Source: Candidatus Parcubacteria bacterium (GTDB taxonomy: Bacteria > Patescibacteriota > Minisyncoccia > Phycocordibacterales > UBA918). From it: a DNA stretch of 64,000 nt. Numbering within the stretch: the stretch's first letter is position 1; every line of letters begins with the position of its first letter. Under the pieces are notes generated by a model, which did not search any database, was not told where the DNA came from, and saw only the letters and a list, made by a program, of their open reading frames with translations. Both the position numbers and the translations under genes were made by a program. Below, piece after piece: positions 18,961 to 31,100 of the stretch. Location of the stretch: positions 79,475 through 143,474 of the forward strand of contig JBJOPW010000001.1 in NCBI GenBank assembly GCA_046050355.1, read 5' to 3'.

Positions 18961-20283
18961 CTAACTTTTGTAACTAACATCTACCCCTTGTGCAATCAAC
19001 TTTTCAAAGTAACGAGTCATGTCATCAGCCTCCTTCTCAGACAAAGAGAGACCTTTGCTCCGGATCCCTTCCATTAATCGTGTATTAAAGTCTTTCTCTT
19101 CGACGACACCAGTCACTCGGTCCGCCACTAGTTCAACGAGGTTAGCATCTTGCTCTTTACTAAGCTTCATACGGTATACCTCTTGGAGGTGATCACGGAG
19201 TCGCTCAGCGAGTTTATGTTGACTAAAGAAAACACCGGCATTGTCCTTCTTGGCACGAAAACGGCGAATATCATCTGATTGTTCAATCAATTTTTCACTC
19301 CGTTTGGCCATATCTTTGGCTACCGACTCTGGCACCTCCACTCCCCCGCGTTCTAATGGCAATACAAGTGCATTTATAAAGGCGTCGCGATCAATTTTGC
19401 CTTTAATGAAGAAACCAACCGCACGTTCAAGTCGTTGGATTTGGTCAAAGGTGTAGTCTTGTGTGAGGTAGTTTACAAGACTTTTTACCCGCAGAGTTTC
19501 TACCGAATCATACGGGAAGAGTCGTGCCAGCTGCTCGAGTTCAGTCACAATCGTCTCCCCTTCACGTACTGGCTTAATCTGTTTACGTTGCGGGTTGACC
19601 ACTTCGCGCACAATAAAGCCATCTTTGAGATAGTACACCCGGTGCGCATACGAAAGATGCGCAGCGTTGTGTGACACCATAATAATGGTACGACGGTCAA
19701 AGGTGTTAATTTCGTCAATTTTATCCATTACTTGCTGAGTCGAAATCGAGTCAAGGTTACCGGTTGGTTCGTCCGCCAGAAGAATCTTTGGATCATTCAC
19801 CATACTCCGAGCTACTGATACACGCTGTTGCTGTCCACCGGAGAGCATCGAGGGGATTTTGTGTGACACATGCCCTACCCCAAAACGATCGAGGAGCGAT
19901 TGGGCTCGTCGATCACGGGTCTGTTTGTCGGCATTACAAAAAATCATTGGTAGAGCTACATTATCAAGCACCGACAGCGACCCAATGAGGTTAAACGACT
20001 GGAAGATAATACCCATCACGTAGCGCTGGAAGTACACACGTTCTGAAGGTGGATAGGAATAGATATCATCCCCTCGAATAAGGAGTGTTCCGTCTCCTGG
20101 TGGCAAAGAACCCTGAATTGAATACATGAGTGTCGACTTCCCTGACCCTGAGGCCCCGAAGAGAATGATGTACTCACCTTCATAGATGTCCGTGTTCACA
20201 TTTTGGAGCGCACGAAATTCGTTACTCTTGCCTTTATTATAAATAATCGACAAGTCACGACAAACAATCAGAGGCTTCGCCAT
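18961..20283 (-). CDS. LolD/MacB-type ABC ATPase with ~200-aa C-terminal extension
   Basis: Walker [31 protein letters not shown]-loop VSH; extra helical C-terminal region. Confidence 0.93.
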   Translation of the reverse strand: MAKPLIVCRDLSIIYNKGKSNEFRALQNVNTDIYEGEYIILFGASGSGKSTLMYSIQGSLPPGDGTLLIRGDDIYSYPPSERVYFQRYVMGIIFQSFNLIGSLSVLDNVALPMIFCNADKQTRDRRAQSLLDRFGVGHVSHKIPSMLSGGQQQRVSVARSMVNDPKILLADEPTGNLDSISTQQVMDKIDEINTFDRRTIIMVSHNAAHLSYAHRVYYLKDGFIVREVVNPQRKQIKPVREGETIVTELEQLARLFPYDSVETLRVKSLVNYLTQDYTFDQIQRLERAVGFFIKGKIDRDAFINALVLPLERGGVEVPESVAKDMAKRSEKLIEQSDDIRRFRAKKDNAGVFFSQHKLAERLRDHLQEVYRMKLSKEQDANLVELVADRVTGVVEEKDFNTRLMEGIRSKGLSLSEKEADDMTRYFEKLIAQGVDVSYKS

Positions 20284-20290
20284 ACGTAGC

Positions 20291-20304
20291 TACATTATGA
20301 CACA
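20291..20304 (-). promoter_or_regulatory. Extended -10 promoter motif TGTGTCATAATGTA
   Basis: Second copy; the CATAAT hexamer is 10 nt before the ATG at 20283. Confidence 0.6.
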
Positions 20305-20387
20305 GCATAACAATTGAAGACGTCTCTCATATCCCCATTACCAAATCAAAACAAATAAGATGTGTGATTTGTTTCAGCATGAGTCTG

Positions 20388-20511
20388 CTAGGATTTACAA
20401 ACTTGATGCAGTTCGAGGCGGACGAGTAAAATTTTGTGAGGCGTATTAAATATACGTTTAATAAAATTTTATGAAGTCCAACAAAGAAATGCGCTAGTTT
20501 GGAGATTCTAG
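20388..20511 (+). repeat. Structured ~125-nt dispersed repeat, copy E
   Basis: CGAGGCG-GAC...GAGGCGTAT-loop-ATACG...GTC-CAACAAAG, closed by CTAGGATTT/AGATTCTAG. Confidence 0.75.
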
Positions 20512-20639
20512 TTGGTAATGTTCTTAACCCAACCAAAAAGTAAAACAACAACCGTGAGGTTGTATGATTTTACTTTGTTCCAACTTTCTATTCCTAATGA
20601 AAGTTCTGGAACCTTTTGGTGGATTAAGATATAACTAAT

Positions 20640-22115
20640 TTAATTAGTTATATTCTTAACCCAACCAAAAGTAGACTCAAAGTTCTCAAGAATCAAATCA
20701 ATAATATTCTTCTCTTGAATCGGTGTAAAGAGCACGAAGTTTTCAGACTGTATGGTATTTTCAGCTTCATCAGTACAGTTAAGCCAGAATTGGTAGACAG
20801 TCGCCGGCGCAAAATCAGTAATAACCTCAACGTGGTTGGTATTATATTCAAGTACTTCTTTTTCGAGCACAATCGGTTCAACTCCACCCGCCACTCCTTC
20901 ACGATAGGTCATAATACATGAAGCCGGTTCATCAGTATTCCATTCAACGATTGTCTGTACCCGTGATTCTCCCCCCGGGAAAATAGTAGATTCATTGGTC
21001 ACATTTGAGATCAGCGGAGCCGAATTATCGCGTACCGTAATAAATTGAATCGGTTGACTACGAACGCGGTCTCCGCCAGAGTTTTCGGCAATCACAAACG
21101 CGACATAGCGAGTACCCAGAGTAAGATCAGAGAGACGCATCTGGTGTGTAGTGGCTAAAGTTGGTCGCCCTACAGAATTCTGGGTACCAAGGGTGAGATC
21201 TTGGTATTCAATGAGCGCTTTCGCCGGCACGGTTGTATCCCACGCTAGGGTGGCAGCATTTTCTTCTACCTTGACGATGCGTAAGTTACGAATGTCGGGT
21301 AACGAGGCTTTGGTTTTAAACGTGTACGTTCTACTTTCACCAGTAATTTGGTACGAATCGGTGGAACGAACTTGAAAACTGTACTCAGTAAATGGCTCAA
21401 GACCAATGAGCTTAATCTCGTGGTCAGTGACCGCACCAGCGGTTGACGATTGTGAGAAATCAAAATTGGTACCATCAAAGCCGTTAGTTCGGGCAAAACG
21501 AACTTCTGAATTGGCTTCACGATCAGTCACCCAGGACACAGTTGCTGAAGTAGTTTCTGGTACTACCGTTGGTGGACCAACAATGGTCAAATCTTCAGTA
21601 ATACCCTGAATCGCTTTGACAGTTTCGTTAAGAATTTCCTGGAGCTGTTGTGGGCTTTGGATTTGCTGAATTTGTTCAACAATCTCTTGCGGTGTATTAG
21701 TTTGTCCGGGTCCAACCCCACTACCTGAGCCACTGTCTGAAGATTTCTCGCTATCGACATCTATTTTGTAGTCAGCGGAGATACCTTGGTTACCATCAGC
21801 ATCAGCGGAAATCACTCGAAAATAGTACGTACGACCAGGGTCGAGGTTTTCGAGGGTCACCGAATGACTGGTACGATTTGCTACTGGCACACGGACAACT
21901 CCCAGATCTGGATTGAGACTGTAATTTACTGCCGAATCCGCGCTTTCATTCGTCTTCCAAGTAATCGTTACCGTTGTTTCGGTGGATGAAGCAACTTTTA
22001 CTTCGGTGATTTCTGGTGCTTTTGTATCACTGGTTTGCGCTATAAGCGGGTTACTCGGTAACGCAAAAACACCGAGGAAGAGGAGGAGTAGCGGAAATAA
22101 ACGCAACATAATCAT
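20640..22115 (-). CDS. Secreted multi-fibronectin type III protein (four Fn3-like domains)
   Basis: Four repeats of A/VTxxWxT(N/D)xxA.S...H...L..L.P...Y; signal peptide; amphipathic C-terminus IIDLILENFESTFGWVK. The start may be 22115 or 22109. Confidence 0.85.
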   Translation of the reverse strand: MIMLRLFPLLLLFLGVFALPSNPLIAQTSDTKAPEITEVKVASSTETTVTITWKTNESADSAVNYSLNPDLGVVRVPVANRTSHSVTLENLDPGRTYYFRVISADADGNQGISADYKIDVDSEKSSDSGSGSGVGPGQTNTPQEIVEQIQQIQSPQQLQEILNETVKAIQGITEDLTIVGPPTVVPETTSATVSWVTDREANSEVRFARTNGFDGTNFDFSQSSTAGAVTDHEIKLIGLEPFTEYSFQVRSTDSYQITGESRTYTFKTKASLPDIRNLRIVKVEENAATLAWDTTVPAKALIEYQDLTLGTQNSVGRPTLATTHQMRLSDLTLGTRYVAFVIAENSGGDRVRSQPIQFITVRDNSAPLISNVTNESTIFPGGESRVQTIVEWNTDEPASCIMTYREGVAGGVEPIVLEKEVLEYNTNHVEVITDFAPATVYQFWLNCTDEAENTIQSENFVLFTPIQEKNIIDLILENFESTFGWVKNITN

Positions 22116-22133
22116 AGGTAGTATACCATCACG

Positions 22134-25100
22134 TTATGGTGAGACTGGCGTAAAGACGTTGATACCAGAGTGAGGCGCACTGTTCACCCCAAACGGTACC
22201 TCAATTCCCCAGAAGATGTCCGTGGTTACTGGTGGCGTTGGTACGGTCGGTTTACTGAGATTAACATCAAGTGCTACTGGAGTTGAACTTGAGAGGAGTG
22301 AGCAGACGGCACAGCCACTGTAGGTGAACGTACTCGTAGCAAATTTTTGTTTATTGGCTGGAATCACTGATGAGGCGCCATCACTGAGATCAGTTCCCTC
22401 TACTTCGATATCAAATGGTACGTTACCAGCATTTGCAATAGTCGTTGTTGCATTATAAGAACCGGTATCAGCTTGAGGGGCCAAAGAACCGTAGTTAATA
22501 CCAGAATTTATACTCAGTGATCTTACCGTAAGTAGTTCAACGGCCAAGCTATCAGCAAAATCATATCCGCCACTATTATCAATCACTTCAGTGAAGGCGA
22601 ACCACTCAGCTGCGCCATCATCTGAAGGAGTTGCAAAGAATTGTATATCAGCATAACAAATTAAGTTACAGTTGTTGCCTGTGCACTGCAGATTACATTG
22701 ATTACTGGTATCAACACGGTAACAATTGTTGTCATCAGGTGTACATGATGAGGTACCGGACGCGGTTTTGTAGAAGGTAGTCGTAGCCATTTTAATATCA
22801 CTCGCACCGTTAAAGTCGGTAATGGTTGTCGTGGCGTAAATGCGGGTGGTTGTTCCTGGTAGCAATGCAATGTCAAACCCGTCATTGAGGTTGACTGTGC
22901 CAATCACCGGATCAAATTGGAGACCAAGTTCAGCCACTTTAGCGTAGTAGTCGATTGGAGTTGAACCGTTTACCACGCGGAAACAGTAGTTATCAGAAGC
23001 ATTGTTAGTCGGAGTAATCACATACTCAAGTTCGGTGTAACGATCTTGATTAACTGATAAACCACTAGTCATAGTAGACGGACTTTCAACAACCGCACCA
23101 GCACTAAACTGACCATTACTGGTAGTAAGCAAGTCGGTAGTCGCTTCACCGTCGGTAACGTTGCTGGATACCTGCATACAAACGGGTGACGATCCGCACG
23201 ATGCCTGATTTGGTACGGCTGCAAAGCTACCACTACTGACCGCTTCACAACTCGGAGCACCACCCTTGGCGGCATACTGGAGCCGGTAGGTCTGTCCTGT
23301 CACATCGAGACCAGAATTCTCTATGCCGATACGTAGACGACGAGTGACATTTGGCAAGCCACTACCTAAAGTATTCTCCGCAGCGACCCACGATGCACCA
23401 CCGGCAGTTTGTTTGGCACCAAAGGAAATACCGGGATTAATCGGACCTCGTCCGCTCACCTGGTAGCTATCCCAGGCGCCATTTTGTACCCAGAAGGTAA
23501 AGCCCATACCACCACTGGTATACGAACTATCGGTAGCGGTAGTCGACGCTACAATCGAGCCAGCAGCATTATAGAGGTACACATCAATACGATTGCTGGT
23601 TTGCCAATCAATTTCGACCAGATACCAACCAGTAGCAAAGGTGACCGTGGTAGACGCCAAGCGGGTACCGGAAACATCGTTATCAGTTACATTCTTCGAC
23701 AGTGAGAGGCGGTCTGTTCCAAACAGTTCAAGACACACTGCGTAGTTATTATTATTGGTGCCGGGAGTTTGTACACCAAATAGTGCACAACCTTCATCGG
23801 CTGATCCCGTTGTAGTATCGACGTATTGGCGATATCGAATAACTTGACCCTGCGCTGTTAGACTGCCGGTACGGAAGATACCATCAGTGGTTCGACCTGA
23901 CTTATTTAAGGCTTCAAGCGCATAGCTACCACCAAAGACTGGCGCGGTATCGGTCTGGAATAATGTCGTATCGCCACTGTACTCAGTAATATTGTTATCT
24001 TCAAAGTCGTCACTAAAGCTGAAAGTGGCAGCCGCTGAACTTGAACTGGTTGAACTTGCATTTCCAAAGTACGCAAAGACATCAGTATATGCATTTGCCG
24101 CTAGACTCGGCACCTCTACCCACACCACGGCTTCAGTACTCGCCGTGTAACGATCAAGCCAGAAATCAAGTGGCGTCACCCCGTCAATACGGGTAAAGCG
24201 AAGATCATCAAAGTCAGATTGCATCGCACTATCGTACGGTACGACAATCTTAACCGTGGTGGTCGAGAAAGTGGTAGCGGTAATGTTTTCGATGCGGACT
24301 CGCTGCCGATTACTCCATGACAAGTTATACCACTCACTATTTGGCGCTCCTTCTCCCCCATCATCAGCACGCCAACGGTAGCTGGTCTGTGAAGTCAAAA
24401 GACAACCACTATCGTCAAAGCGTATTGAACCACATGCGTCAACACCGTCACTGTCAAACGCTTCTCCACCGATGTTGCCGTAGCTACCACTAAAGCGCCA
24501 CGCATTACTGGTACTACCGACCAGTGCTGTATTGGTACCATTCCAACTATTTCCAGCATTAAAGCCAACGGCGGTAAATATCTTTGACGCATTGGCATTA
24601 AGCGCTGTGTCAGCCAATGTGATGAGGGTACCACCGTTAAGCGCTAGATTGTAGTAACCGTTACTCAAATTGGTGATAGTAGGCGTATTGATGAAATTAA
24701 GACCGGTGCTATTGAGGGCGTTAAAGCGATAGTACTGGGCATTAAAGGTACCACCAGTGACAATAAACGCGTGGGTGCCGGTACTGATGTTACCAATGGT
24801 AGTCGAGGCACTTAGTCCACCAATGATACTAAGAGTACCGCTCTGGACAGTGGTAGTTGCATTTTCATTGATCCGAACGGTTACTGCTCGCTCAGTGCCA
24901 GTAAGTGCAGTACCATCAAAATCGGTAGCGTACGACCAGTATTCACTCGTGGTGGCAACGGTGAAGTCTCCATAAATATTGAGGGCTCCGTCAACTACGC
25001 CATGGTCTTGTGAGTAGAGTGAGGCCCCCGCACCGGTAGTGGTGGTAGCCACCGAACTATTCCACAGGCGTAGATCAGCGACATTGATTGACAAGGTGGC

Positions 25101-28100
25101 ATAATCGTCACCACCAGTGGTTTTAGTATTGATAGTGTATGGCGCACTGTTGGTGAGACTGATAATGGTATTAGTCCAGGTCGTTGCACCACCACCAACA
25201 AGATTAGTGAACACACCACCAATACTAAGCGAAGTACCAGCTTCTTTGGTAAATGCTGATGCGGTGGTGAGGGTAAGGTTATTTGTTGTCGTGGCATTAC
25301 CTTGCCAGGTCCATCCACCGGAAGCACTGGCAAACTGGACATTGTAGAACGGACTGGTACTTGCATTGATGGTCTTGCCACTGGCTGTCGCATTGAAGAG
25401 GACGGTTCCAGAAGCATGACTGAAGGTACCGCCAGTCACGAGGAATGAGCCACCAACAGAGAGTGTATTTGTCGCTGCCACGAGGGATCCAGATGCTATG
25501 ACTACATCATCACGGAAGGTCGCTGAGGCATCAGTGATATTGATGGTACCAACATCAGTCTTGCGGAGCGCAAAGAGATCAGAACCACGGGTGGTGATTG
25601 AGGCGGCACTGGCACTCGTCATATAGAGGTCAGCAGTGTTATGAGTGACAGTACCACTCGCATTAGTGAATGAACCACCGACAGCGAGGGCGCCACTTGG
25701 CAGCGTGACAGTACCAGTGTTACTGATAATAAAGCTACCGGTAGTCGTAGCATTGGTATCAGTCATACTCCAGGCACCGCCAGCACCCGTGAAGTACAAG
25801 GCTGGCACCATCGCGTCATCAAAGCGGACAATATTACCAGTTGAAGAACTGACAAAGGCAATACCGGTACCTGGCATCGAGAAGCTACCACCCGTCGCAT
25901 TAAACGAAGCACCAATAGTGGTCGTACCACTACCAAAGGTTACCGTACCAGCGCTTTGAGTGTAAGAACGAGTAGTAGTCAGCGCACTATCGGCTACTGT
26001 CCAAGAACCACTACCAGTGATATAGAGGTTGTAGAATGCCCCACTATTGACGTCAATCGTACGACCAGCACCCGTAGTGGTGAGTGTGGTTGTTGATTGA
26101 CCAGCGGTAAAGACAGCTCCAGCACCAAAGATGATACTGCCAGCAATACTGTGTGTCTCATTGCCCTGTGCGCGCCAAGTGGCATTCGCAAGAGCCTCAA
26201 GCGTGCCGTCTTGCGCACCGCCACCACCGCCACCACTAAGGGTGACATTACCATTTGGTTCAAAGGTCTTACTTGTCCAGATAAGGAGCTTCTGGTCAGC
26301 TGGCAAGCTGAGCGTATCGCTGCCAGCATCAACCGCCGTGAAGAGAATATCACCATCATCACTACTATCCCAAACCGCCATGTCGGCAATTGAAAGTGGG
26401 CTAGTGTTTTCGTGGCGGACAATCACCCGATTTTCGTACAAGTGCATGTCACTAATCGATGAGATTGGATCAGCACTGACGGTTACTGCCTTGCGGATGT
26501 TGTTGTCGATATACACCGTCAACGTATCAGCCGGACTAAAGGCTACGTTTGGAATACTATATGCTCCGGTAGTGGCATTACATGGTGTTGAGTAGGTCGT
26601 AAGCCCTGCAACGCGGAGCACAATGTTGGCGGTGACGCCGTTACAAACTGGCGAGACCGTCACCCCTTCGTCACTGTAGACATTACCCGATACCGTGATA
26701 AGCGCAGCTGAGTCATCCCAGACGATGTACCCAGGATCACCAGCCGGATCATTGTCATATACTTCCCCATCAATTGAGCCGGTGTGGTTCGTAAAGCGCC
26801 ACGAACTAACCGCCGTTCCGGTCGCGGTCACGTTGGTAGCAGCACTCACACCAGTTGAAGTGGCGAAATGGTTGTTAGTTAAGTTCTTCGCCGGGTTGTT
26901 ATTAAGGACAGTACTACCAATGGTAACGCCTGTACCACCAGTAGCCCCAACTTCGATATCCACTCGTGAGAAATCGGTGACGATTGGTGTGCCGGTAAAG
27001 ATGATACCACTGGTGCTAGCGTTGCGCACCGTTGCATAGTTCCAGTTAGCAGTGCCACTACCACCAATTATCACACCATAAGTGCCCGCGCCTTGATTGG
27101 TGATTGAGGTGGATGCTCCAGCAGCCCCAATTACCGAGAGACTACCACCAGTGAGATTATAGGCTGCACCTGAAGCAAAGGCTACGGTCACGACACGTTC
27201 ACTACCACTAAGAGCGGTGCCATCAAAGTCAGTGGCGTAACTCCAGTAATCAGACGCGCTTGTTTCGGCAAACGTGCCGTAGACGTGGAGAAGACCATTG
27301 GTGTTGTTGTGATCTTGTGAGTAGATACCACCGAGCGCATTGTAGGTAGTAGCGCTACTATTCCAGAGACGGATACGAGTATCACTGGCCACTCCGAGTG
27401 TACTGTATGTATCGGCAGTAGTTTTTTGGTTCACTGCTATGCTGCTACCACCATAGAAGTAGAGCGTGCCCGGGAAATCAGTGGCTGCGCCACCCAGTTG
27501 ATTATCAAAGGTACCCGCGAGTGCCAGTGTCGTACCCGTCGCGACTCTAAAGAGTGCGTGGTTCTGGAGAGTAAAGCTCACGGTAGAGGTCGCTGATTCA
27601 GATACGGTAAATGAACCAGTGCCATTAATACGGGTGCGAGCGAGCGGTGAAGTACCCATCGCAATGGTATGAGTTCCACTACCAGTGAAAGCAGCTATGC
27701 CACCGTTTGCTAGTACCGTCCCGTTATTATCGATACTACCGGCAATAGTGGTGGTCGCCGTATCACTGAGACTCAAGGTCGAAGCTGAAGCTACAAACAC
27801 GTCGCCACTTACCGTAAGTACTGGGTCTGACTGATTGGTGGTGAAGGTTGAAGAAGCAGTACCGTTACCGATAGTGAGATTACGGTTAACGAGGATACCA
27901 ACACCACTGGTCGTGAAGGTAGAACTACCAACGCTGGCTCCGACAGCTAAGTCGTAGTAGGTCGTACCGAGCACAGTTGCGTTCGCACCACTATAGGTAA
28001 CGAGCCCAGTGCCTGGTCGATACGTTCCAGACACCGAGAAGACGGTACCGCTACCCGTGAGATTAATTGGCGAAGAGCCAACATCGTACACATGAGCAGC

Positions 28101-31100
28101 ACTAATGGTGAGGCGGCCGCTGACTGTCGTAGTAGCGGCACTAGCTGGTGTAGTAGTACCAGCTACTGACCCATTACCCAAGACTAGGTTTGCAAAGGTC
28201 CATGGCGTGGTACCACCAAGGGTATTAGTGCGGGAAATGGTTGTCGTACCTGAGCCAAGGGACAATGTGCCGTTCCCGGTAAGTTGTCCGTTAAGGAGTG
28301 AGATATTATTGGTGCCCGTGACGGTACCAGCGCTGATGGTCATATCTCCAGTGAGACTGAGTGGTGCGCCAATATTCCATGCCCCACCCACTCCGGTAAA
28401 GGAAAGGTTATGGAAGTTTTGGGTGGTGGCCGCAGTAATACTCTTACCAGTAGTGGTGGCGGTAAAGACAAAGGTCGAAGATGCCGCGGTAATAGTGGCA
28501 TTCTGACCAACTACCAGTCGACCAGCCAAGCTATGCGTATCAGTACCAGCGGCGATGAATTGTGACGAGGTCGCCAGTGTAAGACTTCCCTCAAAGGCGC
28601 TACTTGAGGCATTACCGGCGAGCGTGACTGGTCCGCCTGGAGTAAAGGTCGTGCTCGCCCAGACAAAGAGGCCATTATTCGAGAGGACAGTGAGTGACGT
28701 CGACGGTGTCGTGGTGGCACTAAAACGCATATCGGTATCTGAAGCAGTATCAAAGAGCGTCAGGTCAGCAATTGAGAGCGGCACTGCCCCTTCATGACGA
28801 GTAATGAGTTGGTAGGCATACACATCAAGATTCGTGATGTCACTGGTTGGAGTTTTGGTGACTGCCGCACCCGAAACACCTCCGTTAGTATTGAGGTACA
28901 CGGTAATCTTTGGGTCGCCAATAAACGCAACATTACTAAAGCTGTAGGCACCAGTAGTGACATTACACGAGGTTTGCGCAGTGTAACTACCACTATTAAC
29001 GACGACCCGCACGTTTGGCGTTACTCCATCACACACCGGTGCACCAAGCGAGGCTCCGCCATCACTCGTGAGCACTCGTCCAGACACCGTAATGAGATAC
29101 GAACTATCATCAAAGCGAATGGCGCCAGGATTTGCATCCCCGCTATCAAAGGCCTCGCCGTACAGGTTGCCGCTTCCCTCCTTGAACCAAACAAAACTAG
29201 TTGAAGTGCCGGTAAAGGTAACGTTTGCTCCGGTACCAGCAGTCGTGGTCGCAAAGGCGACGCGGAGTAGTTGTTTGGCTGGATTGGTACTTACGGTCGT
29301 ACCATCAATCCGCAGACCCGAGGTTCCTGGAGTAACATCAATATAACCATCGTCAAATTGTGACAGCGTCGTTGAACTTAAGAGACCAAAGCCGGCTGAT
29401 CCGGTACTCGCCACACTAAAGTAGCGAGCCGTCACAATACTGTTCGTGGCATTAAGCGAGAACGAACCGGTGAGTGCCGCAATGGTTGTCGATGCCGAAC
29501 TAGTACCCGTAAAGTTGAGTGAGGCCGCCGTGAAGCCAACACTCGAACCGCTCGCCACCCGCACATCTACCTGGCGTGGACTACCGAGTACCGTACCGTC
29601 AAAGTCAGTGGCGTAGGCCCAATGTTCGGTGCCGGTACTACGGATGTAATTACCGTAAATGTTGAGATCGCCATCAACTGCGGCATGATCTTGTGAGTAG
29701 ATTGAGCCAGTATCACTCGTGATGTAGGTGGTGGCTGATGAATTCCACATTGCAATATCTGCATCATTGGCTACTTGGAGCGTACCGTAAACGTCACCAC
29801 CAAAGGACTTAGTATGCATACTGTGATCGGTACCGATGAAACGAAGGAGTGAGCCCGTCCAGGTGGTCGACGTACCAGACATAGTTTGTGAGAACGTACC
29901 TGATGCGGTCAGTGACAAACCGCTCTGTAATGTAAATTGAGTGGCATTAGTCAAATTGATGGCAACCGTAGCAGTAGCGCTTTCGGTGACAGTAAAGTCG
30001 CCACCAGCACCATTAAATTCGAGGGTGGCAAAGGTTGATGATCCAACCGCTATCGTTTCACTGCCGGCGGTTGAATTAAAGCGGACAGTACCGTTGTTAG
30101 CACTAAACGCACCATTGTTATCAAATGATCCGCCCACACTGAGGATGCCACTCGGGAAAGTTGCACTCGCTCCAGCGTCGGCAATGTAGTTACCAAGAAT
30201 TGTTGTGTTGGTATCAGTAAAGACACGAGCGAACCTGGCTTCTGCAGTACTGGTACTATAGAACGAAGTTGACGTACTCTGGTTATTGAACTCAGTACCA
30301 AGCCAACCTGCATCACGTACCACCGAAGCTAGACGGAACTCGTCGATACGTCCATCATGATATTGACTCGCGCCGAGACTACCAAGTGAGAAGCCGGTTA
30401 AGGTCACGTTTGGATCACTCGCGGTACTACTCGTGATAAAGGCACCGTCAAAGTAGATACTCATATTGCCACCACCAGCGCCAGGAGACACCAACCCGAT
30501 ATGAGTCCATTTGTTTCGGTACGAAGCATATGAACTCGACACGCGACCGGGTACACCAGCAGCACCAAAGTCCCAGTAGAGTATGGCATCACTCCACGGT
30601 CCATGGGTTGCCACCCGCTGCCCACCACTTTCAGTAAAGCCAAAGAGATTGGCAGCTTTTGTTTCGGCCGTTGTCACATTGTTCCAAGCAGTAACGGTGA
30701 TCGTATTTGACGCATTCACCCAGGCAAACGCTGCATTGGTAAGATAATCATTGACGCCATCAAAATCGATCGCATTCCCAAGCACACCGGCCACGACGTC
30801 AGTAGCATCCATCGCACCTACCTGACTCAAACGCCTATCAAACCGCGTACTATCAACAGTGATACCCGCTGGGTCAGAGTCCAAGTGGTACACCGCCTGG
30901 TAGCCGTTGGTCCAAACATTTTGAGCACCAAAGGCAGACGTCGAGGCGTAAGCGGTAGCACCACTATTACCGTAGTATACGTAGAAGTCGGCACTGGTTG
31001 AGGTCGCGAGACTTGGCGCTCTGAAGTACACCTCACCTCGCTTCGTACTGGTACTGACAGACACCACTTCAAGTGGTACTTCGGTGACTCCATCACTCGC

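Noticed and set aside
20508-20670. Diversity-generating retroelement TR/VR pair
   Set aside because: The repeat is too short, the differences are synonymous and not adenine-specific, and there is no reverse transcriptase.
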